Assembly (NCBI GenBank): GCA_040954595.2
Contig: CM082595.2
Location: 1,800,635-1,864,634, forward strand
Length of the DNA stretch: 64,000 nt
Direction: 5' to 3'
DNA from: Balanoglossus misakiensis
Taxonomy: Eukaryota > Animalia > Hemichordata
Part shown: positions 1 through 10,400 of the stretch, piece after piece
Numbering within the stretch: the first letter of the stretch is position 1
Layout: each line of letters opens with the position of its first letter
Program-made: the position numbers and the translations under genes
The notes under the pieces: model-generated
Seen by the model: only the letters and a program-made list of their open reading frames with translations
Database searches by the model: none
Told to the model about the DNA's origin: nothing

Positions 1-100
1 ACTCCATATGATGTTTAATCACCATGACAACCTCATGCACTCACAGTGCAGTCTATCAGAATCAGGAACACTTGTCTGTTAGAAATTTCACATTACTGAC

Positions 101-1227
101 CTGATTGACACAGGGTCATTGAGCGTGAGCAGTATATCAGTTTCATACTGTGGCAATCTGAACAATGCTAGATGCACATTTATAGTGTTGTGGTCCTGTA
201 ATAAAAACACAATTTCAGTGAATGTTGTAAGCCAGATAAGAATGGTACATCCCAATAAAATTTCTTCTAGTGTGGCTTCACTCACCTGTTCGTTAAATTT
301 GGAGACCATCTGCTTTCCGCTCAGAAACCAAGCATTTTTACATCTGTGAAATAAAAATATTCCAAATCAAAGTTTTGTAGCAAAACATTCTGGTTGGCAT
401 ACAACAGTATTTAATTATGGAAGTACTTTGACAGAACACCATCTGATTTAAATAATGCATGGTTATGTCACTTTTAACCCATTCAACACCATGGTTTGGT
501 CCAAACCCATTGTTTTATCCTGTAAAGTTGGACCTCTATACAGGGAACTGGGGGTGAAAGGGTCAAACCATCTGGATATGTGTGTGATAAGGTATATGTG
601 AGTGTAACTAAACATTTAACACTTACTGTTTCATAGCAATCTCTTCTGCTGCAATCTGTTCACGCACCGTGACTTCTGATGACAATGAACCATTACTCTC
701 AGCAATATCTTGAAAGTGGTAACTGTCAGATGACAAAATGTTTTCACACTTCTGTTATTCTGCCTCAATACAAAGTTATGTCATTATGTCATCCTCCATG
801 ATCAATCATAATGTCAATATCCCCCTTTACGTACCTTGGTGCATTCTGGTCCTCGATATTTTGATATTCCATGATTTCAATGATGATACTTTGATCTGTC
901 GATGGATGTGTGAACACCTCCTGGTTGTCTGGAATTTCTCGTATGGAACTAAGAGTGGCATGATGGAAGAAAAAGAATCCTAGCATTAAACTGAAATAGA
1001 ATTTCTAGGATAACATCATGTGTATTTCAATACTTTCATTATAATGAAAGGGTCTGTTTCATAACCTCATATTGTTGTTGTAAGAGTTCAGTCCCAGACT
1101 AGACATGATAAGTGTGGTGGTACATCAAGATACATGAAAAAGATGTGCATCATTCCTACCTAACGTCATTGGCTCCTGGTGGTAGAACACCTATCATAGC
1201 ACCACCAAATAAAGGCTGATTCTCCAT
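101..1227 (-). CDS. RANGRF: Ran guanine nucleotide release factor MOG1 (partial; last exon lies left of window)
   Basis: GT-AG exons 1227-1160, 948-835, 722-627, 343-286, 195-101 splice in frame to [52 protein letters not shown]...YHFQDIA...AWFLSGKQMVSKFNEQ...HLALFRLPQYETDILLTLNDP, matching Mog1 family motifs (PLFGG, PDNQEVF, DQS, RLPQY.TD.L). Confidence 0.93.
474..566. mobile_element. piggyBac-like TTAA MITE, copy 1 (in RANGRF intron)
   Basis: TTAA-CCCATTCAACACCATGG...GGAACTGGGGGTGAAAGGG-TCAA; aligns along its length with the copies at 4405-4497 and 13322-13415. Confidence 0.75.
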
Positions 1228-1838
1228 ATCCAACGTTTCCCTTGATTCTCAAGAAATGTACATGGGTTCCGTGAGAACGGTGCAGAAATCACTGTGTCTG
1301 GTCGTAAAATAATCAGATCTACGTTTGAGTCGATCGGATTTATATACTTGCGCTACACTCACTACGTCTGAACAACGTTTTAAGTAAAATCAAACAAGAT
1401 CTGGTTTAATCTAGCGTCAAACCAGAGGCAAGCACATGCTTTGTGTTGTTATGGCTCTTTGACCTTAGATGTCAAAGGTTACAGCCTCTTTTTCAACACC
1501 GAAGAAGTTCAGACTTCTTTATTTTGTCCACGGGGATGTGCAGAGTGAAATGGAAGTGTAATTGCTAAACAGCGAATACTGCCACCCCTGAAAACATAAT
1601 TTGCAGTCAGTTGGCATCTCATCTATTCAAATATAAAATTTGATGATAGATTGGGAAAATTCGTGATAGTTTATGGGGTTTTATCCCGAAAATAAACATA
1701 TCTGAAACAAACATCGTCTGTTGAAAGAATGGTAGATTCCTAGAAACCCTACATCGCCCTAAGTACATTTTAGTAGCGTGTAAACAATTAGCCGGGTTAC
1801 TAGTTATTTCCGACGTTTAGTGGGATTTTGGACTTAAA
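1228..1838. promoter_or_regulatory. Divergent (bidirectional) promoter region RANGRF / centrin-like gene
   Basis: Start codons at 1227 (-) and 1839 (+) are ~610 bp apart head-to-head; region is locally CpG-richer than neighbouring introns. TSSs not identifiable. Confidence 0.6.
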
Positions 1839-3622
1839 ATGCCCAAGAAAAGAAAGAAGACAAAATCTAAGCGATCTACTGTACCTGAGCCGCCAAAGGG
1901 ACCGGTTGATCCGATCCCTCCTCTTCCACCCGGACCTCCTAGACCAACACATCATGAATCGGTGAGTTGATCGTTGACGTTTCTAATTATTTGCTGTTGT
2001 GTTACTTTGCCAACCGATTGATTCATTTTGTGTGACACTCGAGTGATCTGTGTTTAGATTTTCGTACCGGAGATTTTTGGCAATATTTATGTGTAAACCT
2101 GGTACATATTACATCAATTGTAACACTTTGTAACAATGTAAGAACTTATTTACTTTGTAAGTGGAGTGGCATACCACCCATTTCGATGGTGTCGAATTTC
2201 CCAACAAATCTCTCGAAACAAGTCAACAACATAGTGATTACTATGTAAATTACAGACTACAATACATTAGATCACAGAAGTCAACAGGTGTGGACAAAAT
2301 GTGGTAACAGACACTTAAAAACCCAAAACACACCAAGTCCTACTGTCCATTTCTGCTGTTTGGGTGTGTAGCTATTTTCCCATTTGATCAATAATGAACC
2401 ATTAAATTTGTAACAGTGTAGCAGTTGTCAGGAAATCACTTCTTTGAGAACTCTCTTTCATGGTGTAATGTCAATATAATGGTCATTATTATGCTATTGC
2501 CTTTGCTAAGGTCAATATTTGCTAATATTCATATTCACTGTGCCTTCAGAAACTGCATGGAGGCCAATAAACATGAAGCATTTGAATTTCACTGCTATAC
2601 TTCCAACTTTGAGTGCATTACTTTAGTAAAAAAGTTGACATTCATTCTTATTATTTTATAGATCCGCTCAATTTTGCATAATACAAAAATTGAAGTCAAC
2701 GAGAAAGATTATCTTGGAATGAAGATATCAACTCGAGTACTAGAGCAACTAACACCGCAAGAAATAAGAGATTTAAGAACTGTCTATGATGCATTTAGTA
2801 ACAGAAAAGGGTAAGTTATATTTCTTCAAGCACAGATCACTGATATGATTTCAAAACAATTTCTTTGTGAGAGGAAATAACAAGATATGATACTTCACAT
2901 TTCATATTGATTTTTGTTTATTTTTCAGTAAAATTGATGTTGATTCCTTAAGAAGAGCGATGCGAGCGTTGGGATTTAAAATCACCAAACAGGAAGCGCG
3001 AGAAATGATCCACGATGTTGATTTAGATAGATCAGGGTAAGTGTTTGTTTTGTTTTGTTTTGTTTTGTCAATATTTACTGTTGGATTTCTGTCTATGCTA
3101 CTTTCTCATATTTATACCATTTTAATTGATAATGGTTTTATATTTATTTACTCTTCAGTTATGTAGACTTCAATGAATTTCTAGAATTTGTGATTCAGCG
3201 ACAAGGATCTGCCAGAGACATACATGATGAGATACGACAAGGTTTTCATATGTTTGATTATGGTGAGTTCCATCATTGAAGAATACAGGTGTTCTAACCA
3301 GTGTACTGATTGGCTGGGAATCTTCCATCAATGATACATGAAATCTGATTGGTTGAACTATGAATTACACTGATGTTATTCATTTAGACTCTCAGATATC
3401 TAGGAGATCACTCCACATGTAGAATAACCTTCTACTCCTTTCATTACAGATAACACAGGAGGTACTACACTGGAAAATTTAAAAAGTGCATGCAAAGAAG
3501 CTGGGGTGAAATTGACTGAACAAGAATTGAAAGGAATGATTGAAGAAGCTGATTTGGATGGTGACAGTATCATTAATGAGGAAGAATTCATCAATGTCAT
3601 GATGAAGACCAACCTATTTTGA
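1839..3622 (+). CDS. Centrin/caltractin-like four-EF-hand protein with basic, proline-rich N-terminal extension (218 aa)
   Basis: Exons 1839-1961, 2662-2810, 2929-3036, 3159-3262, 3450-3622 total 657 nt in frame. Centrin hallmarks: LTPQEIRDL, AMRALGF, DLDRSGYVDFNEF, LTEQELKGMIEEADLDGD..INEEEF, C-terminus MMKTNLF. AATAAA near 3825. Confidence 0.9.
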
Positions 3623-3883
3623 TTTTTCAAGTTGGATATTATGTATATCTATTCCAAGCACCATAAAAATCCAGCTCTGATAAGCAACGAAGGAACTCCA
3701 GTCAATTTGTTTTATTTTTTTGTGGATGATTAAGTCTTGTAAATATTTTAAGTTTTTTTATTGAGTACATATAGATATTTTATATAGAATCAAAAATACA
3801 AGTCATATTTGTATTTTAAACACAATAAAACCTTACAGAAAGCACTTGTGTCCGTTGTTTGAGGGAAGAACCAGGGAAGAAAT

Positions 3884-3947
3884 CAATCTGATTAAAATCA
3901 GATGTAGGGAACGGCGACGTTCCCTACATCTGATTTTAATCAGATTG
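3884..3947. mobile_element. 64-bp perfectly palindromic insertion (MITE-like) with 9-bp target-site duplication
   Basis: CAATCTGATTAAAATCAGATGTAGGGAACG-GCGA-CGTTCCCTACATCTGATTTTAATCAGATTG: 30/30 bp inverted repeat, flanked by direct repeat GGAAGAAAT at 3875-3883 and 3948-3956. Confidence 0.85.
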
Positions 3948-4404
3948 GGAAGAAATGGGCAGAAGAGAACAAAAGCACATTTCACAAAAGCAAATCTTAA
4001 TAAACCATTTTTTTATTCCAAGGTAATAAATCCATCAGAAATTAAACCAATAATTTACAACCATGACAACCTTAAATATTTTACAAATCGACCACATTTC
4101 TCTTCATGCAGTACTCACAAATTTCCCTTCTTTTTTGGAAAGTGACACCTTTGAAATAAACTACCGACCGACTGGTTCAGTAACTAAAATCTAGTGAACA
4201 TGCATTTGATGAAATCCTACCAAAACTTGCAATGAGAATGTACATTCATCATTTGCATAGTGAAAAATCACAAACATATACATAAAAATCTTGAAGTTTT
4301 CAATCATACTCTGAATAACTTCAATAAATATAGAATTATTACTTGATCTTACTTAGTTCTTAAATTTTAAATTGTGATACTTCCTGTCTTGAACTATATT
4401 CAGC

Positions 4405-4497
4405 TTCACTCTTCAACAACCATACTTTGGTCTAAATCTATTGTTTTCTATAATAAAGTTGGACCTCTACAGAGGGAACTGGGGGTGAAAGGGTTAA
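4405..4497. mobile_element. piggyBac-like TTAA MITE, copy 2 (probable M6PR 3' UTR)
   Basis: Degenerate left end, intact right end GGAACTGGGGGTGAAAGGG-TTAA; internal TAAAGTTGGACCTCTA shared with copy 1. Confidence 0.7.
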
Positions 4498-4802
4498 GAC
4501 GATTGTTTCGGTGCCAAGTAATTTACATAATGTTGTGGATTAACCAAATACTTACATTGACATGCTACATACTTTTGACTTTTGAAAGTTAGAGCTTAGA
4601 ATGGAATGGTGGAGAAATGAAAACTTCAACAAACAATGCCCCAGTTGTCTGGTGAACTCAAAAACAGAAATGGCAGCCATCTTGAATTTCATATTCTGGA
4701 ACATTTGAGATGCTTTGATGTCTGTTACTGTACAACCATGAACACAAATACTGGAGTAAAATACAATTAAAAAAACCCTAAATAAAGACAAATATGTTTC
4801 AT

Positions 4803-6964
4803 CTACATTGGTAAAAGGTGATCATCCCTATCATCATCATCATCCATATCTAACTGATCATCACCAATGCCTTTATATGTTTTTGGTTGACCCTTGGGTG
4901 TGGTTCGGAAAACTAAATCAGCACCATCCTGTTGAGAGCAAAATAATATATTGGTCAATAAAGGACAGAAGGGGAGATAATGACAGTCATATAAGACACT
5001 TCAAATTTAATACACCAAACCATACTTTGTAATTCGGGAATACGCAATACCGCAAACAGTGGAAAATTAACTTTTAGCATAGATTTTCTGATGTGACCTC
5101 TAGTAATGTAGTGATCAAGCTGTGGCCAATAACCAACAGGATAATCAAACAAATATTCCATAGCAATACTTACAGCAATTAGATTTCCAAATTCTCTCCA
5201 AAATGTAATATTTGGGAACTGTTCCATTCCTTTGGCGCCCAACACACAACGCTGATATAGAGTACCTCCTAAAATATACAATATCACTAAAACGAAAAAT
5301 CTGAAATATAAAAGTGAAAGAAAATTGTATTAGTACACTATATAGTACAACAGATTGCCTATTAAAACTACCATTAATGTAATGGGGGATGAGGTCATCT
5401 TTGTATACTAAAGTTTATCCCAGTTAAACTTTGACCTGTGGAGTTCAAAGGTCAAGAATTTGCAACATCGCCATTCAATGTACAAATAATGTGTCACACA
5501 TTTTGTTCTGTCAACATTTAAAACTTCCCTCCCCCCCAATGATATATGCTGGGTTCCTGCATGTGTGTAAGAGGGTTACCCCAAAATGAACACAGATGGC
5601 TGGCTACTTACATGATACAGAGAATAGATCCTACACTAAGACCACCGCTACCTGAGGAATTACACACTGCTGATGAACCAACTTCAAATAAATAATAACA
5701 TTCTGAAGTTTTGTCTCGGTTTTCTGCAATTATTGTTGCACTTCCCTGCAAACAACAAACAATACAAGTCAATGATACACTCATTAGATGCTGGAGATCA
5801 GAAGAGGTCAATAATAAATGATTATTGGTCAATTCACCATCAATCAATCACCATAGAAACAATACTCACAATTAAATTATAAGGATCACAAACAAACATG
5901 ATAACCGCTTTTCTGTTTTCATTGTGACAGTGGGTTCCATACTGATCTCCTTCCCGATACGTCAACAAGACCCAGTCAGCTGAAACAAACCAAGAAAGCA
6001 TTCATTTCAGAAGACGTTCAGCTATTGTCAGTCAGAGTTCCAACTGTGTGCTGTTGCCCTGGAGACCAGTCAATATATGTATACTGTTTCCCTAATCAAG
6101 TACAAGCTCTGGGCTGAAGTAAATGCAATGGTCCAAGACCTTAGAACCAGAAGGTATGTAGTTCTAGTAGACAGATCATTCATGTCCAGTGGTAATGTGA
6201 ATTCTTTACCTCAGCTGAAAGTACTGGTACTCGGGGCCAAAATTTACTGACTTTATCTGTGAAGATCACCTCTAGTTAGCAAACTTACTGCCTGCTTGTA
6301 TATGGGCTTTAGTGATCAGTCCCAATCTTTTTGTTGTTCCGGATGATTTCAGATCTGTCTGAAGAGCTCCAACATCAGTCGTGTCTGTAACACCAACACA
6401 GACACCGATGTCATATTGGTAGGAATAATTTGCACCTGTATCAGACACTACAATTCTGTTGAGGTAAGAATCAGAAAGGATAATTAATTTGTGTAACTGT
6501 TTTATAACTGTAAAACTATTGTCCAAGGGACACTCTCTGCTTAGATCATACCCAGTGCATTATCACCAGCCCCTCCCCCCCAAAAATGCCGGTGCACACA
6601 GACAGCACGTGGATGTTACCGTGGGTGGTCCATGTCCATTTCAAGGAAACAATTATTCTGATTTCAATGATCGACCCGCGTAAATAGGTTTTTTCGTCGA
6701 CTATGAAAAGATGATCTGTCTACTTTATAATGTGTGGTCATTCGATCAATCAATCGATCAATAGACTAAAACGTGGCTATCCCAACATCATTGTCGGTTG
6801 GACTGTATCTGTATCATCCATCCTACTCACTTTTTCCCTTTGATCGGGTCTAGAATCGACTTATACTGTTCTTCTGATTTCCCATGAACGGTACAATCTG
6901 CATCTACCTTGCAAAATAAGCAAATCGCACAAAAGAAAGCTAGAATCACTATTTCTGTATTCAT
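4803..6964 (-). CDS. M6PR: Cation-dependent mannose-6-phosphate receptor (265 aa)
   Basis: Exons 6964-6831, 6455-6289, 5979-5870, 5745-5612, 5300-5174, 4928-4803 total 798 nt in frame: signal peptide, MRH domain (DWVLLTY..GDQY..HC...[15 protein letters not shown]), TM after LSVGSIL, cytoplasmic tail LYQR...GAKGMEQFP...FW...YKGIGDDQL...RDDHLLPM*. Confidence 0.96.
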
Positions 6965-7465
6965 CGTCGATGTAAAGGTGTATACAAAACGTGTTTCTCT
7001 GAGACTACCGATCTTTCAGCTAGCATGGACGTTGGCACTAGCGTCAACATTCAAACAGGAAGTGACATCGACACAAGCTTGTGAAATGCACGTGACTGGG
7101 CCGGTTCATCCATTTCATAAAAGGGGTGTACGTATGCCTGTTGTATGTAGCGATTGTATATTTTCCCACAATCAGTTTCCCATGATCATGTTTTATTCTA
7201 GATTGGTAAATCAATCAATCAGGCAAGCAAGCAAGCAATTGCAAGCAATCAACCAACCAACCAACTAATCAATCAGTCGATCAATCAATCAATCAAACAA
7301 AACATAATTTTATCGTAAAATCATAGCTTTGAACCCTGCTTTGAACATCCTCTATACATATACGTGTGGGTGGTATTTGTATGTTTCATGTACATTTCAA
7401 AATTGAAACATTTTGAAGTGCGCCACCTAGTGACAAGAAAATAATGTTTTTAAATTCAGGGAGTA
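6965..7465. promoter_or_regulatory. Divergent promoter region M6PR / kazrin with ETS-like and CTCF-like motifs and (CAAT/CAAG/CCAA)n microsatellite
   Basis: ATGs ~500 bp apart head-to-head; CAGGAAGTG near 7056; tetranucleotide run ~7210-7295; GCGCCACCTAGTGA at 7420-7433. Confidence 0.55.
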
Positions 7466-10400
7466 ATGGCGGATATAATCAATCACAGCATGGGAGAGTC
7501 TCCGAACAAAGATTCGCTTTCTACAGGTAAGGACATTTTTTCACACTTTCCTCGTCACGGTTGGTATATTATAGTTACCGCTCACATAACCTGTTCACCG
7601 ATTTCAATAAAACCGGCGCGATCACCAGTTTTCTCAATAATCCCGTTAGCGTCGGTTTGTGAGAAAATTGCTTACACTGTATCCGTGTATGGGTTTGTGT
7701 GTGAGTGACTGTCTATATGTATTCCGTCTAGACGCGACATAGATGTGATCACTGATATATATTTGCGGGTATCAAATCGTATTGAAGATGGACAATCATT
7801 TATTTGATTTGGACCGTTAATTACTCCATCCGATCAGTACATATAACGTTTGACGCCTTCTTGAAATATACATACACTGCAGTAAACATGAATCCCATTA
7901 CGTGGTTAATGTTTTTCCCCGATCTCATTGATACATTGTTCCTTCACGGTCGCGACATAATGTTAATGGTTGTGATTTCACCGTGCTGGTTCGGGCTGTC
8001 GCGTCGATTGCCGGAAGGGGTTGTACCACACACATACACAGTGACGCGCACGTACCACGGGAATCCAAATTTCAGGCCCTTTGGGGACATCTGGGACTAG
8101 ATGTATGACCACGTCAATTATTTACTTCTTTCATCCATTGAATTTCAACTGATGGTTACACAAGCGTGTATCAGTAATGTGTTGTACACGTGTATCGAAT
8201 GAAACAAATTCGTTTAATAAGAAATAGAATATTTGAAAATTAATAAGTTGGACTTTGTGGGTGATGGTGGGACTGTTTCCAGCCCATTGAAGGGAAACTA
8301 CCCAGTAGGTTTCAGATAAGCATTCACCTAGTTAGTATGTACAACCAGCTCAAGAACATACATCACATGGCTAGTGTGAAAAAATGCTTGTTTCACTCAA
8401 AAGAAATTGATGCTTTCATCCAACAGTAGCTTTGGGTTTATGAACTATTTCGCAAATTAAACTGTAGTCGGTTGAAATGATACGCTGGTGTTATAGTTAG
8501 TCATTAACCTCAACACGTGTTGACAGTGTGCATGGCAGATTGTATAACTCCCAGGAATTGCATTGGTATCAGGGATAAATATGATATCACTTTGTAAAAG
8601 AATCTCTTGTGCGTGACATCACACATACTTATGTCTTGGAAATGACGTCAGTCTACTATCTAATAAATATATAAATAGAAAGTAATAATAGATGGGTATT
8701 CAATGTACTGGAATGATGACGTTACTGTTTTATAGTTTACTGGAACTTTCCGTTTGTCCAGGTAGTTTTCAAATTGTGGGCTATGTTGATTCATAAATTT
8801 AACTTGTGTTGGCAAAACTTGGTGTAGGTGTACAGTAACTATAGCAACAATTGTTTATGGTTACTAACCATGGTAACAGTTTATGCAAATCAGCAAAGAT
8901 GGCAACACCACCTATAAGTGATAATTAGTATTTCATGAATAATTCAGTGATAATTACTACACTACTGTTTTGTCTAAGGATAGGTGTGGCTAATAAAGAG
9001 AGGTGAAGAAAGAAAAAAGTATTCCTTATCAATATGAACATCTGTCCTGCACATCTTGACACAAGAAACCATACAAATCTTCACCCCTTGAAGCCATACA
9101 TATCATCTTGACTTGAAGAAACTATGCAGGTTATCTTGACCTGATAATGACCTTAAGGTCATTTTGACCCGAAGTAGCCATACAAGAATTATCATATGTC
9201 TGATGTGTCTTTGGGACATTGGGAAATTTGATTTCAGAACTTTGACCACTGAATAGAGTTTGTTAGTATCGGAAGAGGGCAATATAGGAAATATTTATGT
9301 AACTAGTATGACTGGAAGGAAGGAAGGAAGATTTATTTCACAGTAGTCAAACTATTATATCAGTAATTCATTTGGTATACACTGTACCAGTAAACTGTAA
9401 TCACAATCCAGATTCAAACACAGTGGTCAACACTTGCAAGTGATACGTGCAATGTCTATGGTACAGTGTGAGGAAATCAACATGCCTATGTTTTATCTAT
9501 TGAAAAGTGGCAAAATGACACTGACAGTCCAACCCCACCCACGCCTTTCTGATTTAGAGCAACATCACATTCAGGGCTTCTTGATGTTCCCAATAATATG
9601 CTGCCACAAAAACTAGCATTGTATCGTGTATTCTTTGAAGAAACTCATAAGTACGCTCTTTTCACACATGGGTTGATTTTGCATAACTTTTCCCATGAAG
9701 AAGAATGCAGGAGACAATACCAGGAAATTTATCATGTTTTAGCTCAGCTGTTTACAAACTCTGGCTTTGTGAATAGTGGCATTGTGATTCTGTCAAGAAG
9801 TTTATAACATTGGCCTTTGACCTTGTCATTATAAATTATATGGAAATGATGTGTTTATTGTTGGGGAGGTAAGTTTTAGTGTTATAAACAAGCTTGGCTT
9901 TTCTGTTCTGCTAGGATTTTGTGTCACACAAATTCTGTATTTCGGATCTACATCTTCCACATGGCATTTCAAAGCTACACCCTTGTTGGGAAGATTATAC
10001 TCTGTTTTATTGCTTTATTGTATGCCATGAGATTGGAAAAACTTCCCAGTAGAGCCACTTTGGCGAACATCGTGCAAATATTGTAAAAGTCAAGTGTTCT
10101 CAGCTGAAAATCATTTAGATGTGTAAGTACTATTTTATCAAGTTTATTGGTAGTTGTGTGGTTGAAGCTGTCTGTATCTCTAAGTTACGTGTAGGTATGT
10201 ACCTGATTGCAGTCTTGCTGAATATTTCAAGGAACAATGTAAATGTCTCATTAATTTACCGAACTCAGAGGTTTTTGTCTTTGCTGTCTGGTAGTAGTTG
10301 CAATGCATTGTGGGAACAATGTCCCCGGAACCTGTGTCATAAGAAGGAAGGGTTATTGAAGTGACTGGAAATGAACAAGGTGTATTGTCTGCTTGTCTGA

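Noticed and set aside
9840-9868. ATG...GGGGAG|GTAAGT candidate kazrin first exon
   Set aside because: Phase 2, incompatible with the phase-1 acceptor of exon 2; could at most be a non-coding exon.
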